Below the pieces are notes generated by a model. It was not told the origin of the DNA, did not search any database, and saw nothing but the letters and a program-made list of their open reading frames with translations. This document shows, piece by piece, positions 1-11,420 of a stretch of 34,750 bases of DNA. Source of the DNA: Octopus bimaculoides (taxonomy: Eukaryota); contig NC_068985.1 of the NCBI RefSeq assembly GCF_001194135.2, positions 83,775,121 to 83,809,870 on the forward strand. Reading direction: 5' to 3'. Every line of letters begins with the position of its first letter. Position 1 is the first letter of the stretch. A program made the position numbers and the translations under genes.

Positions 1-304
1 ATTTTCGAGCGAGATCGTTGCCAGTGCTCCTGGACTGGCTTGTGTGGGTGGCACATAAAAGACACCATTTTGAGCGTGGCCGTTGCCAGTATCGCCTGAC
101 TGGCCTTCGTGCAGGTGACACGTAAAAGCACCTACTACACTCTCTGAGTGGTTGGCGTTAGGAAGGGCATCCAGCTGTAGAAACTCTGCCAAATTTAGAT
201 TGGAGCCTGGTGTTGCCATCCGGTTTCACCAGTCCTCAGTCAAATCGTCCAACCCATGCTAGCATGGAAAGTGGACGTTAAACGATGATGATGATGATGA
301 TGAT
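1..304 (+). mobile_element. RTE-type LINE 3' UTR/tail fragment, young copy, cut by the window start
   Basis: Nearly identical to 15117-15397. Shares GAGTGGTTGG..TTAGGAAGG.CATCCAG..GTAGAAA with the 3' UTR downstream of the RTE ORF end at 7197-7751. Ends in (GAT)n. Confidence 0.75.
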
Positions 305-323
305 ATAGGTATATTTTTTTTAG

Positions 324-436
324 ATATTTAGCAGAAGCCATAGTGTGACTCAAGGGCTGAGAGTTTCATGTATTGACACTTATCAAATGCACAAAACTCT
401 CAATTCATGAGTTATTCTGTTACTTCTGCTAAATAT
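324..436. repeat. Imperfect foldback inverted repeat (possible decayed MITE)
   Basis: ATATTTAGCAGAAG (324-337) pairs perfectly with CTTCTGCTAAATAT (423-436). Inner TGAGAGTTT/AAACTCTCA also pair; the loop is short. Confidence 0.7.
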
Positions 437-1554
437 AAATATATATAACTTACAAAAGCAACAGAATCCATACAAAACTTAGCCAAGTATTTCCATTCTA
501 ATACCCTAAATTGATTGCGATAGATATATCTAAATAAATAAGATATAATTGTTCCCTGTAGTTTATGCTCTTCTATGCTTATCTTGTACTGGATGATATC
601 TGAATAGCATTATCTTCACTGTTTGTAACACAAAGATTAGAAAGTGTATTACATAAATTGGTTTTGTTATTGCCCAGTTTTTAAAAGTTTTATCCTATAT
701 TTTTTCAACTATTATGTTTCAGTATATATATTTTACAAAAAAAAAAAAATATACATGTATATCATACCAAAATGAAAAATAAATAAAATGTAAGTAGACT
801 ATTTTCTCTTTTGGTTTCCTTTTTCTGTAAAAGACAATAAATAAGTGGATAATTCTTGAAAATGTAAAACAAAGGTACTGAAGTGTGTGATTCAAAGAAT
901 TTAGTCGCAATGCTTTTTGATGATTTTTATCTGTCTTTGAAAATTCAATATCTTTTTGATGAAATAAAATGATTTCTTCATCTGGTTGCTTGCATCCTAT
1001 TAATTGGCTCCAAGGAAAGGATAATTGCTTGTCAACAATTCTCTCCGTCTGGGTTTACTTAGGAACTCTACATCTATCTCAATAGCAAACCGTCATAAAA
1101 TTGTTTTTTTTTTTTGCCTTTTTGTTTTACCTTCTTCCTGAGCACTTTTATTTATTCTATTTTTTTTTATTCTTGCCTTCTTTATCTCGTTTGCTCTACC
1201 AATCTTTCTTTCTTTCTTTCATATTATTTTAGTGCAAAAGGGAAAAGGAGTAGAAATAGTTCAGTTCAGAATTTGATCCATAAATCCGAAACAAAAGATT
1301 TTGCAGATGTACAGATTAACCCTGTTCTGACTTTGCAAACCCCTTATAGCAATAACCCTTAGCCAAACACAAAGCTCCTTTTCAATACTTAATTACAATT
1401 TCTAGGCTGCAACCTAGTTTATATTCATATATACTTGAGTGACATCTTTTGAGCTGAACCAAGAAACTGCCGAAACACCAAGCTTTTTTGTTTATGTATA
1501 TAATTTATCTTAACAATAGAATAAGCATGACAATAGACATTATAAGTGTGTATA

Positions 1555-1579
1555 TATGTATGTATGTATGTATGTATAC

Positions 1580-1646
<67 letters not shown>
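1555..1646. repeat. Compound (TATG)n/(TACA)n/(TA)n microsatellite
   Basis: Directly visible; accounts for the IYIY ORFs at 1425-1766 and 1488-1685. Confidence 0.95.
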
Positions 1647-1651
<5 letters not shown>

Positions 1652-2592
1652 CACTTATGCATACACAGGCACAATGTACTTTTGACTGTATATACTGTAT
1701 ATATGTGTTTGAAGGAAAAAATATAAGGCAGAGAGAAAAGTTAAAAATGAAATATCTTGCAAACATATTTATATATGAATATTATAATATATACCGTTGA
1801 GGAAATCTTCCTTTATATTCTGAAAACTTTACTTTAAAATTCAATATAAATGTTGCTTTAGTATATGTATTGTATTTGCATTCATTAAGTGGCTTGATAG
1901 ATTAGCATATGAACACGGACATATACAACACACTGAAACATTTCCGTTTCCATTTGTCAAATGTTTTATTGTTATGTACACACACACACACACACATGTA
2001 TTCTATATATGTGTATATATGTGTGGGTGGGGCGGGTGCTTGGGTGTATGTATACAATATGTATGTAATCTGTGTATATATGATGTAGTTGTTAATGTAT
2101 TTTACTGTGTGTATTCATCCATACACACTGGCTTCTGTTCATCTCTCGTTTCCATTCAAAGACGACATCTACTGCATGAATGCTTATTATCCAGTACTAT
2201 ATCTCTTATCCACTCCCACCCTCTCTCCATTATTTTACTTTTATTACCTTGAAAGAAGCTGATAAAGTGCATTTTGTACCAATATGCCCAACTTCTTTGT
2301 TGTTATTATTGTTCTAGATTATTTCTCCCTTTTTTTTTTTGTTTTCTTGCATTTGAAATAAATATAGTCAGAAGGTTGTTAAATTTTATTTTACTATCCA
2401 GCATTTGCAGTTGTTTTGTTTCCCTGTAAACATATCTTTTATTATTCCTGTTATTGTGACACTTTCATGTGCACACATGCATATATTTTAAAAACAAAAT
2501 ATATAGACTCTTACATATACTTTGCTATGAAATGGATTGGCATAACAACCGTAGAGATAGATAATTGGATAGCTAGACAAATAGATGGGGAA

Positions 2593-2625
<33 letters not shown>

Positions 2626-2642
2626 CAGATGGACGGACGGAT
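2593..2642. repeat. (GATA)n microsatellite grading into GGAC/GGAT
   Basis: Directly visible. Confidence 0.9.
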
Positions 2643-2833
2643 AGGTGGGTGGGTTTGTTACTAAAAAAAATTCCAGATTTGATAAGGCAGCTGAATACTA
2701 TTATCACCACCAACATCACTTTATTATCTACAACAGCATTTATTTAAGAATATATCATTGGTTTAGGTGCAAAGTCTTTATCAAGAATAAAACTAACCAG
2801 TATATTCTGGTTTATTATATATCTGTTGTCTTT

Positions 2834-3028
2834 TATTTGTTTCAGTCATTAGACTGTGATCATATCGAGGCATCACCTTGAAGGGATTAGTCAAACAAAT
2901 TGACCCCAGTTCTGATTTTTTTTAAGTTTAGTACATATTCCATTGATGTCATTTTGTTGAACCACTAAATTACTAGGACAGACAAACCAAGACCAGTTGT
3001 CAAATGGTGGTGGTGGTAAACAAACACA

Positions 3029-3062
<34 letters not shown>

Positions 3063-3190
3063 CATGTACACATGACAGGCTGCCACATAGTTTCCATCTA
3101 CCAAATTCATTCATAAGGTTTTGGTTGGCCAGGAGTTATAGTAGAAGACACTTGCTCAAGGAGTAATGCAGTAGGGATGAATCCGAAAGT
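2834..3190 (-). mobile_element. tRNA-headed SINE family A (octopus OR/CORE-SINE-like), old copy
   Basis: Reverse-complement motifs TTTCAGTCAT, TTTCCATCTACCAAATTC and ATAGTAGAAGACACTTGC; internal (CA)n. Confidence 0.8.
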
Positions 3191-3579
3191 ACATCCCAAT
3201 TGCATGAGAAATCTTAGCAAAATAACATTACTTAATATTGCTCATTGATGAGTATTAGTAGTACTAGTAACAGTTGTACAAACAGTTCTTTTGAATAATG
3301 CTAAAAACATTTATTATTTGAGAAATATTAACAAATTGATATCAATAGGAACTTACTGTAGGAATATCCAGTTTATTATTAATGATGAGAATTTTTAATA
3401 GTAGGACCAGTAAATGTTTTAAATGTGGTTTATGGCAATGTTTTATGTCAATGACCATGAAATTTGTTCTTTTGACGGCTTTACTTATTTACTATGTTGT
3501 TCTTTGCTAAACAAACTATTATTTATTTGTGTCAGTCTCAAAGCAGTGAATGCAGAGCACTGGAAAAAAACTTACAAGA

Positions 3580-3697
3580 GGGCTTGTATATGCTTACTTA
3601 AGCCGCTCAAAATAGCAGCTAAATCTCCCTTAAACCACAGCCTGCTGCATTGAAAAAGGGAGGATATATATTCGACATAGTCCGAGATATACTCTGA
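3580..3697 (+). repeat. Unclassified interspersed repeat family C, fragment
   Basis: AAATAGCAGCTAAATCTCCCTTAA...ATAGTCCGAGATA resembles 4950-5050. Confidence 0.5.
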
Positions 3698-3859
3698 ATA
3701 AGGCAGAAAAGTTGCTTTTGGATACTTTTTGGCTGTAACTAAAAATATTTACTTGAGTTCTGACTTCATAGCTATGCTATCCTTCGGTGTCATCTGCTCT
3801 CAGCAGGCTGAATATCAAAGGTCTCTATTATTCTAAGACTTATTATTTATTGTTATTGC

Positions 3860-4230
3860 AATTATATTCAAGGTGGGGCTCCAGATCCATTCCATGCAGG
3901 GTGGTCACAAGTCTGTATTTTGTCAAGAGAGTTCCCTAGATGTAGCACACATCTTGTTGTTAGCCCTTTTAAATCATCGACCATATTGGCCTCATATGCC
4001 ATTTCAGTCTTCATTCACTTAAGGGATGATGTCCCTTGTACAGCAATCCTTTCGAAATTGCTGATGACTCACTTAGTTTTTGTTCATTAGCTGAAGTCAC
4101 TTACCATAGTATGGCCATTGGTGTGCACTACCAATTTCTGTGAGCCATAAGTGAGAGCTCCATATGTTGGAGACCAGTGCTCATGACCGTGACTGATGAT
4201 GTATGCTGACTAGTTTACAAAGGTATTACT
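3860..4230 (-). mobile_element. Possible heavily decayed RTE-like LINE remnant
   Basis: Minus strand gives weak RLKWH-like and LTYGS-like words in different frames, with many stops. Confidence 0.2.
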
Positions 4231-4409
4231 CTTTACATGATACACCAAATACTACTTCAAATCAAGGGACAGATGAGTACTTGTCTAGCACTGAGAACGG
4301 CATGAATGTCAAAATATCATGTCTGCACCACCAATAAAAGTTTCAAGGTTCATGCTTCTGTAAAACAGACTTCATACCTCTGTGAACATAGTTGTTGTTG
4401 TTTTTAGTT

Positions 4410-4560
4410 AGTGCTGGTATACTTAGTAGAGCACCTAACAAAATATTTTGCAGTTCAAATCTCACCACGGTCATCTTAGCCATCTATCCTTCCATGGCCT
4501 ATAAAATCAATACCAATTAAATAACACAATAGATTTTTATCAATGGCTCAATCCCTCGAA
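4410..4560 (+). mobile_element. SINE family B, very degraded
   Basis: AGTTCAAATCTCACCACGGTCATCTTAGCCATCTATCCTTCC resembles the family B B-box plus central domain. Confidence 0.4.
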
Positions 4561-4649
4561 GTTCTGATACTTAATGTCTGAGTTTGAAAAGATTATTTTT
4601 GATCACTGTCATTATTAACATTGCTGTTTCTTTTGTAACAAAGTTGTCA

Positions 4650-4812
4650 CTGTTTTTTACTCCCCGATCAACCTTGACCATGCAGTTCTTAAAAACATTC
4701 CAACCATGACCATCCTGTGTATCATTTCTTTTTTTACAACTGTAGAAGGTGAATTGAGAAGAATTTACTACTATTTCTAACAGGTCAAGTAACCATGCAG
4801 AGGCTTCCTTGT
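4650..4812 (-). repeat. Family C repeat, inverted copy
   Basis: CCAACCATGACCATCCTGT and CTATTTCTAACAGGTC are reverse complements of segments in 4855-5133. Confidence 0.55.
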
Positions 4813-4854
4813 TAGTCAGTATGAAGTAGAGTTAGTTGCCACGATGTCTATGTT

Positions 4855-5133
4855 GTACTACAAACCATGTGATAGTACCAGCAATGTATTTCAAATCCAG
4901 CTCCTTGGTTCAAAACAAAGAAATGAGGCAGACTCTATATGGTCATTGGATCTGCTACAAATAACAGCTAAATATCTCTTAACTGACACACATCTAACTT
5001 TAAAATAATGCAAGGGTAAATGAAACATTAGATAAGGTAGTCCTAGATGACTCCATACCAGACATGATGGTCATGGCCGAAATGATTTTAACCATGTCTG
5101 TTTTATCACACTTGACCTAGAGCTAAACAACAG
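4855..5133 (+). repeat. Family C repeat, longest copy, ending ..GACCTAGAGCTAAACAAC
   Basis: Similar to 3580-3697, 4650-4812 (reverse) and 16103-16262 (reverse). The AAC-type end suggests a retroposon tail. Confidence 0.6.
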
Positions 5134-5242
5134 CTTCCAGTTCAAAAACAAAAGCAATGCAGGATTTTGTACAGCATGAAAATGTTTTAATGTTGTCTGC
5201 TTTCATCATCGATGTCATAACCATTATTATCACCATCATTTA

Positions 5243-5458
5243 AGAAGCAAGCTGGCAGAATTGCTAGCACACTGGACAAAATGCTTAGTCGTAATTCATC
5301 CATCTTTACTTTTTGAGTTCAAATTCCGCTGAGATCAACTTGGCCTTTCATCTTTTTTAGTGTCAATGGAATAAGCACAGTTGAGCACAGGGATCAATGT
5401 AAATCATTAGCCCACCCCTAAAATTTTATGTCTTCTGCCTATAGTAGAATAATAATAA
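5243..5458 (+). mobile_element. SINE family B (tRNA-like head plus Meta/Sauria-like central domain)
   Basis: AAGCTGGCAGAATT head, B-box GAGTTCAAATTCC, central GATCAACTTGGCCTTTCATC, tail GCCTATAGTAGAA(TAA)n. Confidence 0.75.
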
Positions 5459-5729
5459 TTGTAAAATAAGTGGAAATAAATTTTGAGTATGAACAAGTCT
5501 CCATGTTCTATATCATTATAATTATTGCTAATATATATCCCAGACAATATTACTGTCCAGTGAAGTGAACACAGAATTTACAGAGTATCTGACACCTAAT
5601 AATAGTCTTAGATGTTAAATACTGATTGATGCAGTTAGCCATAACCTGGAACATAACTAAGAGCCACCACGGTATCCACCCAGATGATATATCCCTCCAA
5701 ACTCACATTTATGCATGCGTATATGTGTG

Positions 5730-5937
5730 AGTCATGGTGTTTATGCTCCGCCACCACTTGACAATCAGTGTTGCTTTGTTTATGTCCCCATAACTTACCA
5801 GTTTGGCAAAAGTGGCCAACTGAATAAGAACAAGGTTTAAAAATAAGTACTGGAGTTGATTGATTCATCTAAACTATCAAAGGCAGTGCTTCAGCAGAGC
5901 TGTAGGGCAATGATTAGAACAAGTAAAAGACGAAAGA
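5730..5937 (+). mobile_element. SINE family A, 3' half
   Basis: CTTGACAATC..GTTTATGTCCCCATAACTTA..AATAAGTACTGG..AACAAGTAAAAGA. Confidence 0.7.
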
Positions 5938-6145
5938 TATATATCATCATCATCATCCTCTTCATCATCATTTAATGTCCTGTACATGTTCAGCAAGCTG
6001 GCCAAAACTTCAGTCACTTCGTCCCTCTACTTGTAAATGGTTAATAAATATGTACTTGAATAAAAAGTATTAATTCTTCAGTTTAACATTAAACTGTTTT
6101 TATATATAACTTGTCAGAAAAACAAATAATATATGTGTGTGTGTT

Positions 6146-6178
<33 letters not shown>

Positions 6179-6378
6179 GATAATGATGATATATATATAT
6201 GAAATAATGAAGGCAGTTATACGCAATATAAAACAAAAAGGAAAAGTTCAGTAGTCACTAACTGTGATTGGCAGTGCAAAGTAGCACCTACATTGCTAAA
6301 GATAAGAGTTAAAAACACTTATATGTTTATGGATTTGTTTTTCGAGATCCCTGATGGGAAATCATGTGTTGAAACAAT

Positions 6379-7196
6379 NNNNNNNNNNNNNNNNNNNNNN
6401 NNNNNNNNNNNNNNNNNNNNNNNNNNNNNNNNNNNNNNNNNNNNNNNNNNNNNNNNNNNNNNNNNNNNNNNNNNNNNNNNNNNNNNNNNNNNNNNNNNNN
6501 NNNNNNNNNNNNNNNNNNNNNNNNNNNNNNNNNNNNNNNNNNNNNNNNNNNNNNNNNNNNNNNNNNNNNNNNNNNNNNNNNNNNNNNNNNNNNNNNNNNN
6601 NNNNNNNNNNNNNNNNNNNNNNNNNNNNNNNNNNNNNNNNNNNNNNNNNNNNNNNNNNNNNNNNNNNNNNNNNNNNNNNNNNNNNNNNNNNNNNNNNNNN
6701 NNNNNNNNNNNNNNNNNNNNNNNNNNNNNNNNNNNNNNNNNNNNNNNNNNNNNNNNNNNNNNNNNNNNNNNNNNNNNNNNNNNNNNNNNNNNNNNNNNNN
6801 NNNNNNNNNNNNNNNNNNNNNNNNNNNNNNNNNNNNNNNNNNNNNNNNNNNNNNNNNNNNNNNNNNNNNNNNNNNNNNNNNNNNNNNNNNNNNNNNNNNN
6901 NNNNNNNNNNNNNNNNNNNNNNNNNNNNNNNNNNNNNNNNNNNNNNNNNNNNNNNNNNNNNNNNNNNNNNNNNNNNNNNNNNNNNNNNNNNNNNNNNNNN
7001 NNNNNNNNNNNNNNNNNNNNNNNNNNNNNNNNNNNNNNNNNNNNNNNNNNNNNNNNNNNNNNNNNNNNNNNNNNNNNNNNNNNNNNNNNNNNNNNNNNNN
7101 NNNNNNNNNNNNNNNNNNNNNNNNNNNNNNNNNNNNNNNNNNNNNNNNNNNNNNNNNNNNNNNNNNNNNNNNNNNNNNNNNNNNNNNNNNNNNNNN
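6379..7196. other. Assembly gap
   Basis: Run of N. Other gaps: about 9027-9309, 12594-12930, 13984-14083, 15405-15824, 19101-19262, 27395-27404, 29322-29876, 33310-33410, 34460-34469. Confidence 0.98.
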
Positions 7197-7751
7197 AGTA
7201 GACCTTGGAAGAAATGGGACAAGGTGGTGAAGCATGATCTTTGAACTTAGAGCCTCGCAGAGGCAATTACTAGTGACCGAGACATTTGGTGATGTGCTGT
7301 GCTTCAGCGGTCCTGTCAAGCCAAGTGCACCTGTACCGGAAGCACTTAAAGAGCATCTTTTGAATGTTGGGTCTCACGGAGGCAAAGTGGCTGAGTTCCT
7401 TTTGAGTGTTGGGCCTCACAGAAGCAATGACCAAGACCTTTGGCATTATGTCATGCTTGAGAAGAAGACCCATCAAGCCAAGCAAAATCGCAGTTGTGGC
7501 AGATATCGGTGTCACACAAATTGGCACCCATGCTGGTGGCATGTAAACGTATCCCAGTGTCACACAAATGGCACCCATGTCAGTGGCACGTAAATGCACC
7601 CATTACACTCTCGGAGTGGTTGGAGTTAGGAAGGACATCCAGTCGTAGAAAACCATGCCAAATCAGACTGGTGTCTGGTGCAGCATGCCAGCCAGCCAAG
7701 CCGTCCAACTCATGCCAGCATGGACAACAGATGCTAAATGATGATGATGAT
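7197..7751 (+). mobile_element. RTE LINE 3' end (ORF C-terminus plus 3' UTR), rearranged
   Basis: Reads SRPWKKWDKVVKHDL*T*SLAEAITSDRDIW*CAVL, matching the RTE C-terminal pattern GRPxKTWxEVVKxDL...DRxxW. The GGxCTCACxGAxGCAA segment recurs locally. Ends in (GAT)n. Confidence 0.8.
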
Positions 7752-7772
7752 ATCTATTGTTTCAACACACAA

Positions 7773-7850
7773 TGACAAAGGGATAAATGATTATCTTACA
7801 AACTTTATCAGCTAATGAAATTCATAAGATAATCATTTATTCCTTTGTCA
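7773..7850. repeat. 26-bp inverted repeat with 26-nt spacer (hairpin)
   Basis: TGACAAAGGGATAAATGATTATCTTA versus TAAGATAATCATTTATTCCTTTGTCA: 25/26 Watson-Crick pairs, and the remaining pair is G-U on the + strand. Confidence 0.85.
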
Positions 7851-7951
7851 CTTCTCTTTCTTATTATCACTTTATGCTTAGCTGACACTTCATTCTGAAA
7901 CATACAGTATATTGAGTTCTACACTGGGTTATTAGTCTCACAATGCCTAAT

Positions 7952-8022
<71 letters not shown>

Positions 8023-8024
8023 AA

Positions 8025-8118
8025 GAGGTATTGGTATCCAGAAGACCCAAGATGGCAGGTAAGGCCATGTAAGTGCCACAGGAGGACCATAGTTAGACTC
8101 TCGGTTCAATAATAATAT
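8025..8118 (+). mobile_element. Probable extreme 3' end of a LINE, ending in (AAT)n
   Basis: Reads GIGIQKTQDGR*, then a short UTR and AATAATAATA. Abuts a microsatellite on the 5' side. Confidence 0.3.
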
Positions 8119-8228
8119 GAGTGAGGAGTCTAATGCAGATCTTTTATGAGTATGTATATGTTAAATAAAATATGAGAACAAAGCCAAGGCTGTGTGGAAT
8201 TTATAGGACATTTATAAAAAGGAAGGCA

Positions 8229-8276
8229 GTCTTACAGCTGTTTCTGGGATATTAGGGATATCCCTTCATCAGAGAC
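8229..8276 (-). ncRNA. Minimal type I hammerhead ribozyme motif
   Basis: Minus strand reads GTCT-CTGATGA-A-GGGATAT-cccta-ATATCCC-A-GAAA-CAGCTG-TA/AGAC: 4-bp stem I, 7-bp stem II, palindromic stem III (ACAGCTGT), GUA cleavage triplet. There is a non-canonical extra A on each side of stem II. Confidence 0.6.
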
Positions 8277-8327
8277 GATATGAGAGAGTTAACTATACTA
8301 TTTCACTCTAGTTAACTCTTTCATAGC

Positions 8328-8366
8328 GTTTCTGATGAAAGAATATCCCAGAAACTGCTGTAAGAT
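8328..8366 (+). ncRNA. Degenerate hammerhead motif (second arm)
   Basis: GTTT-CTGATGA-AAGAATATCCCA-GAAA-CTGCTG-TA/AGAT; stems II and III are disrupted. Confidence 0.4.
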
Positions 8367-8448
8367 TACCTTTCTCTTTATAAATATCCTATAAATCCCA
8401 CTCAGCTTTGGCTTTGTTGTCTCATTTTATTTAACACACACATGTGTG

Positions 8449-8452
<4 letters not shown>

Positions 8453-8525
<73 letters not shown>

Positions 8526-8530
8526 GTATG
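8453..8530. repeat. (TA)n microsatellite
   Basis: Directly visible. A (CT)n(TA)n tract follows at about 8703-8764. Confidence 0.95.
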
Positions 8531-8702
8531 TCTATGGACACAAGTATTCTACCCTATCTTGTCACCAAATGGTTTAGGCTTACATCTAAAAACTGTTCCA
8601 AAAGCCAAGTATATAGTCTACTATAATATGGACGTTTGACACTGTTATGCCCTTTGTGTGCATGTGAGCCATGCTCTCACACATACACACACTTTTGGTC
8701 AA

Positions 8703-8764
<62 letters not shown>

Positions 8765-9342
8765 TCTGTGATACAAATGTTCTTTTTTTTATTTATCTAA
8801 GTACAGATATGTGCACACATGAAAAAAGCTTTATTTCTGTGCTCTGGACAATGAAGCTACATGCTTATTTACTGTGTACTCAGCATGGTCAATTATTACT
8901 GTTATTTTTTGTCTTCTTTTTCTTATTGTGTTTTGAACAGAAATCTGGAACAGACTCAAACTAAACAATAAGCTGTGTTTATTTATCTATGAAGATAAAC
9001 CAATCAATAGGCCTGCCACATACCCANNNNNNNNNNNNNNNNNNNNNNNNNNNNNNNNNNNNNNNNNNNNNNNNNNNNNNNNNNNNNNNNNNNNNNNNNN
9101 NNNNNNNNNNNNNNNNNNNNNNNNNNNNNNNNNNNNNNNNNNNNNNNNNNNNNNNNNNNNNNNNNNNNNNNNNNNNNNNNNNNNNNNNNNNNNNNNNNNN
9201 NNNNNNNNNNNNNNNNNNNNNNNNNNNNNNNNNNNNNNNNNNNNNNNNNNNNNNNNNNNNNNNNNNNNNNNNNNNNNNNNNNNNNNNNNNNNNNNNNNNN
9301 NNNNNNNNTTACTTTCTATTCTTTTAGTTTTTTTTTTGTTTC

Positions 9343-9381
<39 letters not shown>

Positions 9382-10269
9382 ACACACTCACACTCACACA
9401 CACACACACACATATATATTTTCTTTTGTTCAGATTTTCTTATCTCAGTTTTCTCTCCCTCATTCCTCTCCCTCTTTCTCCAAAAGTTATGGTCTACTCG
9501 CTATTTTTATTTTATCCTTTCCCAACCCCCATTCCTTATTTGCCCATGAGACTGCTATCCAATCCATCATTGTTAATAGCAATAAGATACCCTAAATTTC
9601 TCACTCTGTCTTATCCATAAGAAATCTTTCTACTTAGCACTCTGACATTTTGCAGTCATACACTTATACTTAGAATGTATGCATGCTTACATGTCTGTCT
9701 GTCTGTATGTATGTATGTATGTACGTATGCATGTATGTATGTATGATTTATACAAATGCAACCACAAGCTAAAGTACATAGAGCTGCTGATTTTCAAAAT
9801 TATCCCTCCAGCAATTTCTCCCTTATTACTACTGGTCAGTAGCATTGTATCGCAAAAGTAAAACTATCTTGATTAGTAGGAAAAGGAAAGAGGTGTGAAA
9901 GGTCAGTGGTGTTCAGATGACTGGTGTGTGTGTGTGTGTGATGGAGTGGGTGCATATCTATAGGTGTATGTGTTTGTGGATGTTCTTGGATACATTTGAG
10001 TCATCAGCGAGGTAGAAAGTACATTAGTACCCAAATCATTCACACTTCAGTCTAATGTGCAATACTACTAAGCAGAGTCCCTTCTCCAAAAGCAGTCGTT
10101 GGAGCATGATTAGTTTACCAATTACTAATCACATTTTATTGGTTTGGAGATGGCATTGGAAGTCTTTGATAGATCAAGTGCAGCAGTAGCCTTCAGCTAC
10201 TCTTATCCTCAGACACAATGTCAGGCTTTAGTAGTGGTCACTGAAGTCATTAATTGTCCTTGCTTTGCT

Positions 10270-11190
10270 TACCTTCCTGCTCTACTCCTGTTGGTCACTT
10301 CCTCTGCTTCACCTCTCCCTCTCTCCATCTCCTCTCCCTTTCTGTCTCTCATTCTGAACCTTATCTCTTTCCTTGACACCCACACCTTACTGCAGCCACA
10401 CTGCTGGGCACTTCTAAAGTCCAACTGCCAAGGGATTAGTTGGTGACCAATCCTTTATAATAGCCAAAGCAGAATAAGGAAGATGGACATAAGGGAATGG
10501 GTTGGGTTCGGTCTGGCCGGGGTATGGAGATGTGACAATAGCTATATGCATGTTTGTATATGCTTTGATATATGCATTTATTACTCGCAGCATATCAATG
10601 TGATGGTGTAGGGTCAGTGTGCCTTGTGTTGCAGGTCAGAACAGAAAGAGAAAGTGAAAGACAAGGAAAGTGAAACAGAGGGACAGAGATTTATATATGT
10701 AGTGGACATAAGGACATGGCTGGAGAAATTTCTCTCTCTGTCTTCCTTAATGGTTCCTTGCCTTTATACATATCAAGCTACTATTCTGAGAATAATAATA
10801 AACATGTGACTCAGCCATTACTTTCCACTTTCTGCTGTACCAGCTTTTACCCTCCTACTACTTCTAATTTCATCCACTAAACTTCATCCCCCACCCACAT
10901 CTACCTTAAGTAAGTAAGTCAAGTACAACTATAGTTGCTAGTTCCCTGCTCTCCTTGCTCATTCCTCTTGTCTCACTCTCCGCTGTCTCTTCCCTCCCAT
11001 CCTGTATCCTCCCTCTGCACCCAATCATTCTCTTCTGCATATTTCAAATGAATGAAAGCAAAGAGCCAGCTGACTCCTAATAATTTTGGCATCTATAGGT
11101 CTCACCCAACTTCCATGTCTATTTTTTGTCCCTTACTTTTCTGCACCCACACTTCCCTTATGAATTCTATTTTCCTTCACTCCCATATTT
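10270..11190 (+). mobile_element. Possible very old Penelope-like RT/linker remnant, pyrimidine-skewed and interrupted
   Basis: Weak words SISS...ISFLDT (about 10320-10385) and ILPLHPIIL (about 11000-11035) recall PLE SLxFLD and HPxxLPxxxII motifs. No continuous frame. Confidence 0.25.
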
Positions 11191-11253
11191 AAAACTAGTG
11201 TTTAGTCAGTATGTATGGACAAGCTGCCTTGGTTGAATTTGACAATAGATAAA

Positions 11254-11305
<52 letters not shown>

Positions 11306-11309
<4 letters not shown>

Positions 11310-11420
11310 CGGCAATGGACTGGCATCCCGTCCAGCTGTGGGGGGAACACATACACCATAGAAACCAGGAAACTGGGCCCATGAGCCTGGCTAGGCTTTA
11401 AAAGGCCGCATAAATAAAAA
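11306..11420 (+). mobile_element. Short SINE-like 3' fragment (distinct family)
   Basis: GATGGACTGGCATCCCGTCCAG-like word (here AATGGACTGGCATCCCGTCCAG) followed by ATAGAAACCAGGAAACTGGGCCC and an A-rich tail; recalled resemblance to V/Deu-type SINE bodies. Confidence 0.35.

Larger units (their letters stand above)
8160..8435. mobile_element. Foldback palindrome of two diverging Penelope-like terminal repeats
   Basis: 8160-8295 is the imperfect reverse complement of 8309-8435, with a 13-nt loop. Each arm carries a CTGATGA...GAAAC motif. Confidence 0.75.

Noticed and set aside
6293-7319. Six 286-330 aa ORFs; likewise ORFs spanning gaps at 8989, 12580, 13940, 15333-15962, 19036, 29219-30097 and 33192
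   Set aside because: They are open only because N codons translate as X.
7234-7775. 93-119 aa ORFs with real-looking sequence
   Set aside because: They lie in the RTE 3' end/UTR; the RTE frame itself has stops, and the others are off-frame or antisense.
8025-8070. Exon-like KRYWYPEDPRWQ ending at a strong CAG|GTAAGG donor
   Set aside because: No acceptor (microsatellite immediately upstream); better explained as a LINE 3' end finishing in (AAT)n.
10271-10450. Minus-strand open frame ending at GGAAG|GTAAGC
   Set aside because: Low-complexity purine tract without a clear acceptor; more likely a repeat remnant.
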